Source: a virus
Direction: 5' to 3' (one strand)
DNA: 64,000 nucleotides
Virus record (IMG/VR): IMGVR_UViG_3300031420_000003
Coordinates: 128,001-192,000 of that record
Shown: positions 42,833 to 52,170 of the stretch, piece by piece
How the letters are laid out: each line of letters begins with the position of its first letter
How positions within the stretch are numbered: the first letter of the stretch is position 1
Made by a program: the position numbers and the translations under genes
Notes under the pieces: model-generated
Seen by the model: the letters and a program-made list of their open reading frames with translations, nothing else
What the model was told of the DNA's origin: nothing
Database searches by the model: none

Positions 42833-43837
42833 CTATAGTAGCAACCCCACTACCGTAAGCCCGGCGGCAAGGAATGCTGGTATCATTTTCAAAGTTTCGG
42901 AGCCGTCCTTGCGAACGAGGGAACGACTCTCGTAATGGTCTTTGCGCTCTTCTTGTTTCTGTTTGGTTTCTAGTTCTCGGTCGCGATAGTACGCAGCCAC
43001 CCTCTCTTTTTCGATAGCGAGATCATTCAAGCGGTTTTTGTGTTCAAGCTCCATGGCTTGTTTACGTTCGTCCATTTGCGATTGGTTCTCAAGCAACTGA
43101 GATTCCAACTGACGTTTCGCATCACGGATATCGGGCAGGGTGTCTTCCCAACGGAATGCTCGAGCTTCTTCACGAGTCTCAAAACACCGGAACGGTGAGA
43201 TAGCCTCATCAAAGCCAAAGCGCAACATACTGCCTTCCTCAACACACTCCCCACCTGAGATGGTCAGATACACGCCCTCTTCAAAGAAGCGTGAGCGCAT
43301 AGGTTCAACGGCGATGACAGTGGTGTAGTAACGCACGTGCCGAATGATTCTCGGGTCACCGTGCTTCTGAACGACCACTACCCCCAACACCAAACTTGAC
43401 TTGTTCCGCATTGATGTTCGCACTGGTGTCTTGTCGACATCCACAGGTTTGATAGAGAACCCCACACCGAGCTTCTTTACCAGTAACAACTCACCCCGCA
43501 GCAACGCATCAATTTCACCAATGGTGTACATCACTGTACACTCGCCCCGTCGTTTGAAATCCTCAACCATCATTTGTGCAATCTTTGGCGGTACGTCATC
43601 AAGCAAGCCTGATAAGTTACCACCCCCGTTTCTCACCCGATGCGTGACATACACCACAATGGAATCCATTGAGATGACATCAAGGTTCGGATGTATCACC
43701 ACATGGCTGCCTGTGGGGTCAGTCATGAAGATGGGCAAACCGGTGTTGTTAATGACAGTCATGGACTTCACTAAGCCCCCGACGTTGATAGGGGCAGGCA
43801 CGACGGTCGGCTCTACGTCTAAATCGATTCGATTCAT
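42833..43837 (-). CDS. conserved phiKZ-like protein with C-terminal coiled coil
   Basis: INNTGLPI, ERKDHYESRS..RKD.SE.LK..P hydrophobic end; lies between capsid and RNAP genes. Confidence 0.7.
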   Translation of the reverse strand: MNRIDLDVEPTVVPAPINVGGLVKSMTVINNTGLPIFMTDPTGSHVVIHPNLDVISMDSIVVYVTHRVRNGGGNLSGLLDDVPPKIAQMMVEDFKRRGECTVMYTIGEIDALLRGELLLVKKLGVGFSIKPVDVDKTPVRTSMRNKSSLVLGVVVVQKHGDPRIIRHVRYYTTVIAVEPMRSRFFEEGVYLTISGGECVEEGSMLRFGFDEAISPFRCFETREEARAFRWEDTLPDIRDAKRQLESQLLENQSQMDERKQAMELEHKNRLNDLAIEKERVAAYYRDRELETKQKQEERKDHYESRSLVRKDGSETLKMIPAFLAAGLTVVGLLL

Positions 43838-43875
43838 CGGCTATCCAGTTAAATAATGCAACAGTATCACCTAGA

Positions 43876-43892
43876 TAAAATCTATCTCATTT
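43876..43892 (-). promoter_or_regulatory. class-1 promoter
   Basis: Minus strand AAATGAGATAGATTTTA followed by TCTAGGTGA. Confidence 0.55.
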
Positions 43893-43911
43893 TCTTTACA
43901 ACGTGAGCGCA

Positions 43912-43936
43912 CATACAGTGTGCGCCTGATGTAAAA
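43912..43936 (-). promoter_or_regulatory. class-2 promoter
   Basis: Minus strand TTTTACAT-N13-TATG. Confidence 0.55.
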
Positions 43937-43971
43937 AAGAGAAGAACCCCTAACCGCAAGGGTTAGGGGGT
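43933..43971 (-). terminator. intrinsic terminator
   Basis: CCCCTAACC/GGTTAGGGG stem with A-run on +. Confidence 0.75.
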
Positions 43972-43975
43972 AAAT

Positions 43976-44623
43976 CTACTTACGCGAGGTTAAGCTTTCT
44001 GCGATGTAGAGGAGCTCGGCGTTGGTAATCGCGCCCAGATCGCAGTGAATCCCATCCCCTTCGAAATAGAGCGCACCGTTCTTTACCAGCTCGGATTTAA
44101 AGATGTTGCGCAGTCTGCCAGCCAGTGCTGCGACGTTGCTAGGCGGCGTGGCATCCGAGAACTCCTGACGTAGATAGGCAAGTACGAAATCATTTGCCCG
44201 AGGAACAAGAGACCACTTTCCTTCGGTGGAAAGAAAGCCTCCGCTGGGCAGGCTGACAACCCGTGGGAAGTTATCTTCATTCGACCGACGGAGGATTTCA
44301 TCAGCCCACTTACGGTAGTTATCCACCGTGATGTCCTGCTCTTTGATCAAACCCCATGACGGGCAGACATCACCGAACGCCGATATCTGAATTTCACCGA
44401 GTGTTAGAGTACGCCACTCTGGGAACTTAACAATGATATCCGGGTCGTTCATGGCCTTTAAGAAAGTGTGGAGTGCATCTGCTTGGTCGCGGCTGATGAG
44501 GTGAATGGTGCCAGTGACTCGGTCCTCTTTTTCTGCATACTTCGGTTTAAGATAGATGCAATAACTGCCGCGTTCTTCACTACGACCGAATGAGTCGATA
44601 TATGGCAGTGCTACTTTTTTCAT
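43976..44623 (-). CDS. hypothetical protein, paralog array B (3/3)
   Basis: ISRDQADALHTFL, VAALAGRLRNIF. Confidence 0.75.
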   Translation of the reverse strand: MKKVALPYIDSFGRSEERGSYCIYLKPKYAEKEDRVTGTIHLISRDQADALHTFLKAMNDPDIIVKFPEWRTLTLGEIQISAFGDVCPSWGLIKEQDITVDNYRKWADEILRRSNEDNFPRVVSLPSGGFLSTEGKWSLVPRANDFVLAYLRQEFSDATPPSNVAALAGRLRNIFKSELVKNGALYFEGDGIHCDLGAITNAELLYIAESLTSRK

Positions 44624-45279
44624 TTCTTACCCCCCAGTAAACGACCCATCCCGAGGATGGCATTCTTATCCACACGAGCAACGGTTGCGTAGCCGGCGTC
44701 TATGCCGGTCTGGCCGTTACGCCAACGTAACTGCAGCTCGTAGTCCACCCGTGGGAACAGCGGTGACTCAGCGATGTTAATGAGTGTCTCTGCGATAGCT
44801 GGCAGATGACCCGTATCAACCAGCGGGCAAGCTGGCACGCGCTCCAGTGTGTAGTAAACGAACAGTCCGCTAACTCGATTGAAACCAAACCCAGCGTGGC
44901 GAGCTTCCCAAAACAGCTGGTCTTCTTGGCCATCTTGACAGATCCCGATACGTTCCCAACGATCTTGTTGGACAAAGACCCCGGTGACGACGCTTCGCAT
45001 GTGGGTTGAGTCATTAACCCCATTCTTAGTACGTATCCGAGCGGATTTGAGAATAACCCAATCCACATCAAACCCACGCACGGTTGTGTGGGGTTCCACA
45101 GTCGTTGAGATTTGTATCCAACCGCACAGTGCAATATATTCCAGTTCACTAATGACTAAGCGGTGCGTTCCCGGCATGTTGTTCTGCATGACCGCAGTGT
45201 CAATGAAATGTTGTTGTTTATCGCGATCGTAACCAATCTCACGGATTTGATTAGCATCAATTTCAAATAGCTGTTTCAT
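44620..45279 (-). CDS. hypothetical protein, paralog array B (2/3)
   Basis: ISELEYIALCGWI, LPAIAETLINIA. Confidence 0.75.
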   Translation of the reverse strand: MKQLFEIDANQIREIGYDRDKQQHFIDTAVMQNNMPGTHRLVISELEYIALCGWIQISTTVEPHTTVRGFDVDWVILKSARIRTKNGVNDSTHMRSVVTGVFVQQDRWERIGICQDGQEDQLFWEARHAGFGFNRVSGLFVYYTLERVPACPLVDTGHLPAIAETLINIAESPLFPRVDYELQLRWRNGQTGIDAGYATVARVDKNAILGMGRLLGGKK

Positions 45280-45290
45280 TTAATTACTCC

Positions 45291-45986
45291 TTATCGAATT
45301 AGGTCTTCTACAACTTCTGCCATGGCCAAGCGGTCGGTATTCTGAAGCAGGCTTATCTCGCCAATGCCGTTGCGTAACACAACATCGTAGCCGCTGTCAG
45401 GTGCGGTGTGCATTCCGATAATGCCCAACAGGCGGTCTGCAAGCGTTACTGCAGCGTGCGCCAACGGACGGTATACCTGATACTGCTCTAATGAATACGT
45501 AGTCGTCATGTAGCGGTGTTCATCGTTTACTGACTTATCTACCAGAAAATAACTGTCCTTTTCTTGGTTGGCCACTATCTGTATTCCGAGGTCGCGGTGG
45601 TAGAAACTATGGGCGTCGGGAACGAAAACGAACGGGTTATCATTATTGAAGCCAAGTGCCTTCATCGCATCGACCGCATTAGCACTGAGCGAGTTTTTGC
45701 CATAACTACTGTCATTGAGTTCGAAGACCACACCTGATAGTGTCAGTGTTACACGCCACCGGCCTTTGACCTCATCAGGGGTGTAAAGTGACACCCAAGC
45801 TTTGAGTGCCTCAACCTCTATGGCGCGCAGTCGTGGCGATTTCACCTGTCGACGGTACTCATCTCCTTCTATATACCTGACGGCTTCGAGATCCCCATTA
45901 AGCTCGAATACTCGTCCACCGCACAGTGGACGGATAGTGAGGCTCTTATTGAGCTGGAGTTTCAGTAGCGGACGTTCGTGTTTCAT
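45291..45986 (-). CDS. hypothetical protein, paralog array B (1/3)
   Basis: LRAIEVEALKAWV, AVTLADRLLGII. Confidence 0.75.
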   Translation of the reverse strand: MKHERPLLKLQLNKSLTIRPLCGGRVFELNGDLEAVRYIEGDEYRRQVKSPRLRAIEVEALKAWVSLYTPDEVKGRWRVTLTLSGVVFELNDSSYGKNSLSANAVDAMKALGFNNDNPFVFVPDAHSFYHRDLGIQIVANQEKDSYFLVDKSVNDEHRYMTTTYSLEQYQVYRPLAHAAVTLADRLLGIIGMHTAPDSGYDVVLRNGIGEISLLQNTDRLAMAEVVEDLIR

Positions 45987-46023
45987 GAAATAGATCCTTA
46001 GAAAATGTGGGTATGCACATTGA

Positions 46024-46040
46024 TAATATCTATCTCTAAA
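46024..46040 (-). promoter_or_regulatory. class-1 promoter
   Basis: Minus strand TTTAGAGATAGATATTA followed by TCAATGTG. Confidence 0.65.
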
Positions 46041-46088
46041 AAAATAAAATAAAAAGACCTACCTCCCGAAGGAGGTAGGTCTCTTTTT
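46038..46088 (-). terminator. strong intrinsic terminator after capsid gene (UUCG loop)
   Basis: AGACCTACCTCC-cgaa-GGAGGTAGGTCT 12-bp stem. Confidence 0.85.
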
Positions 46089-46104
46089 ACAGCTCAGCTA
46101 CTGA

Positions 46105-48426
46105 TTAAGAACCAGTGGCCGGAGCGGTAGTGTTGCTACCGGTTGCCGGAGCAGTGGTACCCGCGCCTACATCACCAGCGTTGTTGCCGCCAGTGGTGGT
46201 GGTGCCATCGTTGACCACGTTGACGAAGTACGCCAGACGCTCTTCAACGAATTTGGTGATACCTTTAACCCAGATAACGCCAGTGATCGGGCAGTGGCAG
46301 ATGTGCGCGTTGCGCGGCTGCACGGCCAGTTCTTTAGACGTTGAACCGTTACGCTGGATGTTGATGTTGGTAACCATGATTGGTGACCAGAAGTGGTTAC
46401 CCCAGTTCAGGACGCAGTAAGAACCGTCCTCAACGTTAGCAACCTTCAGCATCCACTGCAGACGACGAGTCCAGCTACCGTCTGCTTCGTTCTTCACACG
46501 CCAGCGGTCATCGTTGGTGGTGATTACTTCGAAGTCGTAACGGTCGCCCAGCAGACGGGTTTCACCGCTGCTCAGCAGCAGCATGGCTGCAGTTGGTTCG
46601 TCAGTCGCGATGATGACTTTCGGCAGTGCGTTCGGGTCAGCGGTCAGCAGGCGCAGAGCCGGCATGTAGCGGCTGTCCTGAATCGCACGAGTAACCTGAT
46701 CGCCCAGACGCTGCATCAGACCCTGACGGGCGTTAGTCAGCGCATCTTTAGTTTCCAGAGTCTGGATAACTTCAGAGACGTCGAAATCGCTTTCGTTGTA
46801 CCATGCACCGACCCAGTGACGGCCCAGACCACGGATAGCAGGTTTATCCCACTGAGTTACCATGGTTTTGAACACGTCGCGTACAGCTTCGGTGTAGTTC
46901 AGGGTCTGGGTGATGGCCAGCATTTCGTTACGGATGTTAACCGCAGAAACCAGGTCATCCAGACGCTCAGCGTCGTCGTACTCAACACCAACCGGTGATT
47001 TGGTCAGGATTGGGGAACCGTACTGCAGCTTGTAGTTCTCCTGTTCCCAAACTGGGTCCAGCAGCAAGCCCTGAGTTCTCCGGTTTTCGTTGGTACGAGT
47101 ACCATCGAAGCGCCAGCCGACCAGATCGATTTTGATGTTGTCGAGGATGGTTTTGACCGAGCCGCTGTCGATAGGCAGAGACATGCCGGTGCCATCAACA
47201 ACAGAGTCGATACGCAGAGTTTTACCAGTAACTTCAACCCAGCCAGAACGCTGTCCGTTAGTGAACAGGCTCATGGTGATGTTCACCACGTAGCGCAGGG
47301 TGTAGTCGTTCTGCTTCAGCGATTCCAGAGCAGGCATTGCTTTGCCCTGCCAATCCAGAGTTTCGCCGTTCATTGCGAACAGAGTGTGACGGAAGTTCAG
47401 GATCAGTTCACGACCTTCACCTTCAGAAGGACGCTGGAAGCTGGCGAACTGCATGTCGCGAGTGGTCAGCTTGAACAGTGAGCCGTCTTTAACGTCTTCG
47501 CCTGCTTTACGAACTGACAGCAGAATCTGGCCCAGTGCAGCACCCGGCGCGATTTCGTCAGTTTCGTCGTAGCCTTCAGCAACGATACCCGGATGCGCAG
47601 ACAGGCGGAACAGGTTCAGCTGTTGCTTGTCGAAGCTCAGGTAGTTAGTTGGGTACGCAGGTACGCGGCCCAGACGAACGGTTTCGTTGGCAATCACATC
47701 TTCCGATACGAAGTAGTCAGCGTTGCCGCCGTCTTCCATTACGTAAGGAACGATGCGGATGGCGTCATCCTGCAGCACTTTGTGGTTAGACAGTGCGTTA
47801 TGCAGCGGCTGACGGTCATCAACCACGCTGTCTTTCGCCAGCAGGGCGTTCAGGACACCGCGAGTTACCGTGGTCACTTTGGTACGCACGGTGATACCAA
47901 CATCGTTGCTTTCAACGGTGATGGTTGGGAACAGGGTTTCTGCGAACTTGGACTGGGTTTCCAGTGCACGGACGTTCAGAGTCCAGGTCAGACCGAGGTT
48001 TTTATCCAGATCTTTGTTGGTGTAGTATTCGGTACCAACGAATGGATTTTTGCCGTAGTCGTCGCCAGCAGCGCTACCCGGGTAAGCAACATCCATGAAG
48101 CTGTTATACTTCGGATTGCTTGATTCGGTAGCAACTTTGGTTGCGAACTCTTCTGGGTCAGAAGAAGCGGCCAGAATCATGTTTGAGGCAACCTGAGCAG
48201 CAAAGCCCATTTTCTTGCCCGGAACGACCGACTGGTATTTAACCTGTGCAGAGTCACGGGCAGTGGTGAACGCATCGTTCTGGGTGCGGCGGATAGACTC
48301 ACCGGCAACAACCTGCTTCCACATGTCAGTGGCGGCAGCGGTGCCTTTGTGCGACATTACCAGAGCATTGCCTGCGTCGATAAGCTGCTCCAGCTGGGCG
48401 ATTCGAGTATCTTTAATCATCTTCAC
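46105..48426 (-). CDS. major capsid protein precursor (phiKZ gp120/SPN3US gp75-like)
   Basis: 773 aa; QSKFAETLFPTI, YDETDEI, RTNENRR..GLL, VIIATD, LNWGN, ELAVQPR..HI...PI; highly biased codons; propeptide xGTE/ATE sites. Confidence 0.88.
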   Translation of the reverse strand: MKMIKDTRIAQLEQLIDAGNALVMSHKGTAAATDMWKQVVAGESIRRTQNDAFTTARDSAQVKYQSVVPGKKMGFAAQVASNMILAASSDPEEFATKVATESSNPKYNSFMDVAYPGSAAGDDYGKNPFVGTEYYTNKDLDKNLGLTWTLNVRALETQSKFAETLFPTITVESNDVGITVRTKVTTVTRGVLNALLAKDSVVDDRQPLHNALSNHKVLQDDAIRIVPYVMEDGGNADYFVSEDVIANETVRLGRVPAYPTNYLSFDKQQLNLFRLSAHPGIVAEGYDETDEIAPGAALGQILLSVRKAGEDVKDGSLFKLTTRDMQFASFQRPSEGEGRELILNFRHTLFAMNGETLDWQGKAMPALESLKQNDYTLRYVVNITMSLFTNGQRSGWVEVTGKTLRIDSVVDGTGMSLPIDSGSVKTILDNIKIDLVGWRFDGTRTNENRRTQGLLLDPVWEQENYKLQYGSPILTKSPVGVEYDDAERLDDLVSAVNIRNEMLAITQTLNYTEAVRDVFKTMVTQWDKPAIRGLGRHWVGAWYNESDFDVSEVIQTLETKDALTNARQGLMQRLGDQVTRAIQDSRYMPALRLLTADPNALPKVIIATDEPTAAMLLLSSGETRLLGDRYDFEVITTNDDRWRVKNEADGSWTRRLQWMLKVANVEDGSYCVLNWGNHFWSPIMVTNINIQRNGSTSKELAVQPRNAHICHCPITGVIWVKGITKFVEERLAYFVNVVNDGTTTTGGNNAGDVGAGTTAPATGSNTTAPATGS

Positions 48427-48432
48427 AATTCT

Positions 48433-48966
48433 CTAGTTGAATAAATGACATGCGTAAATTTGCGTCAGCACCTGATGTGTAGCAAACTGCGTTGAAGTGC
48501 TGAACGAATCATCCACGACGCGAGTCTTGGTACGCACATATTTAAAAAGTTCTGCGCAGAACGTCTTCTTTGCTGCCTTGTCGTCTTGAATCGAAAAACT
48601 CACATGTGAGTGGTGGGGTTTCGCTTCAGACAACGTGGCGACAATCATATCATTACGTTGGGAGAAGACCCAGCGTAACTCAGCGGAGCTCGTTAGCCCA
48701 TATAAATCGGCGAGCGAGCTTTCCGTACCTTTCTCAACCAAGTTCAGCACTTGGTCATAATATTTAGTGGGAGCAGGGTCTGCAGCCATAAACGATTTAA
48801 ACAATGCGACAGGAGACTGTTCCGGTAACAGCTTGGAACTAAACCCCTGAGGGCAGTCATATAACCAGTTAAAGAACTCCGCTTGTAGCTCTTCTAACTT
48901 TTTACTGGCCGCCGCATTATCTATGTTAGGTTGATCCACCCACGATGGGTAAAAACGAATTCGCAT
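48433..48966 (-). CDS. conserved protein upstream of capsid gene (phiKZ gp119-like position)
   Basis: Start re-called at MRIRF after GGAG; divergent from helicase. Confidence 0.65.
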   Translation of the reverse strand: MRIRFYPSWVDQPNIDNAAASKKLEELQAEFFNWLYDCPQGFSSKLLPEQSPVALFKSFMAADPAPTKYYDQVLNLVEKGTESSLADLYGLTSSAELRWVFSQRNDMIVATLSEAKPHHSHVSFSIQDDKAAKKTFCAELFKYVRTKTRVVDDSFSTSTQFATHQVLTQIYACHLFN

Positions 48967-48979
48967 TGAAGGATGCTCC

Positions 48980-50551
48980 ATGAATAGTAAAATGATGTTG
49001 ATAACAGCCTTAGCGACGCTACATGCGGAGAGCCTTCTTAACGACCCGGTCACTGACCACGACGTCATAAGAAGAATACTGCTAGAAGCTAGGTTACCTG
49101 ACTACGTCGAAGAGGGTGACGAAAGGTCTGCCCTAATCGAAATCAAGGATATCATCACATCTATCATTGACAGTGGGGTCGAATACGACCATAACCACGT
49201 CATGAAGCGTCTTCGTCTCGCCACAACACAAATGCGCCCTCTATACGATACAATAACCGACTTCTTCAAAGAAGAGGGTGAGGACGTGCCGGCGGAAGAA
49301 GAAGCGCTACAAGAGTATCGTCGTAAGCTTGTCGCCTCCTATTACTTTCAGATGCGTCAAGTTATCCAAGGGGTTGCACTCAAGCAACAACTGGGTCGTG
49401 CATGGGGTGCCGTGAATGGCACAGAAACCCGTATCGATGTTAGCACCGCACTGAGCGAACTTAAGAACTCGCTATCAGCGTTCGGTGAACGCGCTCATAA
49501 TAAGATTCCAAGCTTGGTCAATGAGCTCGTCACGAATAACACCGCGCCGTTCGTAAAAGTTTTTGGTAGCATCAACCGTAAAGCAGCCGGTAACGGACTG
49601 CGGACAGGTTGGCAAGATATCAACAACATGCTGGGTTGTAACAAGGGGATTACCGAAGAGCTGTGGTTACAGCCGGCCCTGCCGTTCAACTGTAAGTCGC
49701 TGTTCAGCTTGTTGACCTCACTGTCTATCCCTATTTTTAATGACCCGGGTTCAGTGATGATAGATGTGCCCGGTACCTTAACACCGGTGATTTTAGATTT
49801 GTCGTTTGAAAACGAATTGGATGTCAACATTGCCTACGGTTATCAGGCAGTGTACGGTCACTTCGAAGGTGTTGCCCCGTCGCTGATTATGCCGGAGACT
49901 GCAACAGACCTCGAGAAAGAAGCCCACACGCAAAGCATGTCTGACTACCTGTGTGGCAAGATGCGTCAGAACGGTTGGGATTACGTGTTCCAGAAACACA
50001 CCAACACAGACTTCAAAGTGCATTACCTCAATGACATTATCTCGGACCTGAAAACACGCGGGTTCCATGTCGTTGGGTTGCGTGGCGATTACTTCGGCAC
50101 GATTAACAAAGCTGGCCACGGTAACGGGATTGCCGGTACGGATATCAAAGAGATTTACCGTATCGTACGCAACATCATGGTTATCCGTCAGAAAGGCTTT
50201 GCATTAGCACCGCACCAAATTTCACCAGCGGGTAAACAAGCGAAAGCGCTTGACCCAGTAGGATTCTGTAAGAGTCTTCCAGGTCGTGGTCTCTACGACA
50301 ACTGTACCAGCCTTGATAACGAGGCTGACGGCGAAATGTTCTTCAACAAGCGTGTCGTCAACGGACACAGCTACCTCGAGGTGCAACGAGGCAAACACCG
50401 CACCATTATCGATACGCCTGAGAAGCATCACTATTGTGTGCTGCCCTTCCATGACGTTGGCATCCTTCCGTGGGATGTAGATAAAGAAAACAAAGTCTCC
50501 GCCTCCTCAATCAACCACTTCACCGGTGGCATGGGCGACGATTTGTTCTAA
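48980..50551 (+). CDS. dnaB: DnaB-like replicative helicase (phiKZ gp118-like)
   Basis: LRTGWQDINNMLG, atypical Walker A ALPFNCKS, LSFENE, DY, PHQIS, LDNEADGE, VQRGKHR. Confidence 0.85.
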   Translation: MNSKMMLITALATLHAESLLNDPVTDHDVIRRILLEARLPDYVEEGDERSALIEIKDIITSIIDSGVEYDHNHVMKRLRLATTQMRPLYDTITDFFKEEGEDVPAEEEALQEYRRKLVASYYFQMRQVIQGVALKQQLGRAWGAVNGTETRIDVSTALSELKNSLSAFGERAHNKIPSLVNELVTNNTAPFVKVFGSINRKAAGNGLRTGWQDINNMLGCNKGITEELWLQPALPFNCKSLFSLLTSLSIPIFNDPGSVMIDVPGTLTPVILDLSFENELDVNIAYGYQAVYGHFEGVAPSLIMPETATDLEKEAHTQSMSDYLCGKMRQNGWDYVFQKHTNTDFKVHYLNDIISDLKTRGFHVVGLRGDYFGTINKAGHGNGIAGTDIKEIYRIVRNIMVIRQKGFALAPHQISPAGKQAKALDPVGFCKSLPGRGLYDNCTSLDNEADGEMFFNKRVVNGHSYLEVQRGKHRTIIDTPEKHHYCVLPFHDVGILPWDVDKENKVSASSINHFTGGMGDDLF

Positions 50552-50556
50552 CAGCT

Positions 50557-50580
50557 GCCCGAGAGCCTAGGCTCTCGGGT
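50557..50580 (+). terminator. hairpin after helicase
   Basis: CCCGAGAGCCTAGGCTCTCGGG palindrome. Confidence 0.55.
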
Positions 50581-50612
50581 GGTTTAGATGTGCCGCCCTG
50601 ATAACCTAGGGC

Positions 50613-50657
50613 AAAAAAAAAAACAAAAAAAAAGAGCACCCCGCGGGGTGCCTTTTG
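50613..50657 (-). terminator. intrinsic terminator
   Basis: GCACCCC-gc-GGGGTGC with long A-run on +. Confidence 0.7.
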
Positions 50658-51356
50658 TTAGCGGTAACGACTAATCTGCGACAGCACAGATTTGTGGTCG
50701 TTCAACATCTTCTCAAGACCCGGACGCCAGTCTTGGCCGAACGGCACCGCGAAGTGGTTACGGATTTCTAAACCACGGCTTTCGTCGCTGAACTTGATTT
50801 CAAACTCGACACGAGGACCACCGAAGAAACTGGTGTGTGCTTTGTATGCCAAATCCCCGTCGGTGAACGTGAGGGGTGAAATGTTGTTACCGCGAAGTGA
50901 CTTCAGAATTCCGTGATAAAAGAAATCGTCACTGCGGTAGCGATCCGGATGTTGGGAGTGCGTAAGGAGCCATTCTTGAACGTTGTGTGGTGTTGTTCTT
51001 GAGCTGGTCGGCAGGTGTAACGCCAAATCGAAAACACTTTGGGTGAATGCGACGCGCTCTTCTTCGCTAACTGAAGTGACCGCCACGTATACCGCCACGT
51101 CACCAAGTAGGTCCCAAATGCGTTGGGGCGCATGCGGCTTGGCGGTATAGGCGATGGTGCCCGAAAAGCCGCCCGTAGAGAAATCGTTTCCGTCGTACTC
51201 AACGATAACTTGGCACATGTCTTTATTGCGGCCATCGGTATCTTCGAGAATCCAGACCTTTAACTTCCCGTCTTCTGTGCCGTAAGCCGGCGCACCTTCT
51301 TTTGGTAAAAGGCCACGGTCATTAGAAACAAGTTTAAATTTTTCAGTGTTGTTCAT
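50658..51356 (-). CDS. hypothetical protein, paralog array C (3/3)
   Basis: TAAGGAGTAAT RBS; SDDFFYHG motif. Confidence 0.75.
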   Translation of the reverse strand: MNNTEKFKLVSNDRGLLPKEGAPAYGTEDGKLKVWILEDTDGRNKDMCQVIVEYDGNDFSTGGFSGTIAYTAKPHAPQRIWDLLGDVAVYVAVTSVSEEERVAFTQSVFDLALHLPTSSRTTPHNVQEWLLTHSQHPDRYRSDDFFYHGILKSLRGNNISPLTFTDGDLAYKAHTSFFGGPRVEFEIKFSDESRGLEIRNHFAVPFGQDWRPGLEKMLNDHKSVLSQISRYR

Positions 51357-51377
51357 CGTAATTACTCCTTACAGGTT

Positions 51378-51414
51378 TAAAAAGCATCCCCGAAGGGATG
51401 CATCGTTTATTTTA
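51378..51414 (-). terminator. intrinsic terminator (UUCG loop)
   Basis: GCATCCC-cgaa-GGGATGC. Confidence 0.7.
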
Positions 51415-51415
51415 T

Positions 51416-52108
51416 TTACACCAACTTCCAGCCGAGCTTATCAACGCTCTCTTTAAACTCGGTAATGAGCTGCTGAAGGTCTTCTTCGTAATGCATGTAC
51501 CACGCGATGACTTTACGCCCTTGCAGGCTCAGGTCGTCGCGGAAGGCCATTGTCAGGACTTCGATTTGATGCTCGTCGTACATCGGACGCAGCAGGAAAA
51601 CCATTTGTCCGTTAGAGTATTGCACCGGTGGTAGAGAGTCCTCTTCCGGGAAGAACTTGCGAATATAGTGCGAGGCGTTCCAATAGATGCCATCGGGCGC
51701 GTAATCAACGTCATCACTCACAGGTTTAATGCGGCGCAGCAGCTCCTGTATTTCTTCATCTGGCGCGTTACGCTCAATCTGGCGCACAATGGTGAACAAA
51801 TCACGCAGGTAGTTATCACGGTCTTTGGCATCCCATGTCCCCAGCAGCGCACTGTGCATCGCGCCGGCAACGGTTGCGTAGCAGGCTTCCATCAGCTCAC
51901 GCCCTTCAATCGGGTTACCTTGGATAAGAAACTCGTAAACCGTTGTCCCTTCGAACGACACCGCCAGTGCGGTTAAGTTGTGCTCTTTGACGAAGCGGGC
52001 GTCGAGGTCGTAGTTTTCGCTCTCTGAAACGAACAGATTGTCGGTCTCATCGAAACTGTATTTAGTGGGTGTGGCCTGCCAGAACTTACTGAGGTTAAAA
52101 TCGTGCAT
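51416..52108 (-). CDS. hypothetical protein, paralog array C (2/3)
   Basis: TAAGGAGTAAT RBS; APDGIYWN, C-terminal VDKLGW. Confidence 0.75.
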   Translation of the reverse strand: MHDFNLSKFWQATPTKYSFDETDNLFVSESENYDLDARFVKEHNLTALAVSFEGTTVYEFLIQGNPIEGRELMEACYATVAGAMHSALLGTWDAKDRDNYLRDLFTIVRQIERNAPDEEIQELLRRIKPVSDDVDYAPDGIYWNASHYIRKFFPEEDSLPPVQYSNGQMVFLLRPMYDEHQIEVLTMAFRDDLSLQGRKVIAWYMHYEEDLQQLITEFKESVDKLGWKLV

Positions 52109-52124
52109 GCTATTACTCCTTACG

Positions 52125-52170
52125 AAAAGAAAGAACCCCTACTCTTTCGGGTAGGGGTGGTTATTTTTTA
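52125..52170 (-). terminator. intrinsic terminator
   Basis: ACCCCTAC/GTAGGGGT stem. Confidence 0.7.

Noticed and set aside
46089-46110. Programmed frameshift or read-through extending the capsid protein
   Set aside because: Stop is TAA followed at once by a strong terminator; no downstream ORF or slippery site
46115-48436. Several plus-strand ORFs of 70-200 aa
   Set aside because: Shadows of the strongly codon-biased capsid gene
50613-50633. Poly-A run as phase-variation tract
   Set aside because: Intergenic between convergent genes and part of a terminator; could also be a homopolymer sequencing artefact
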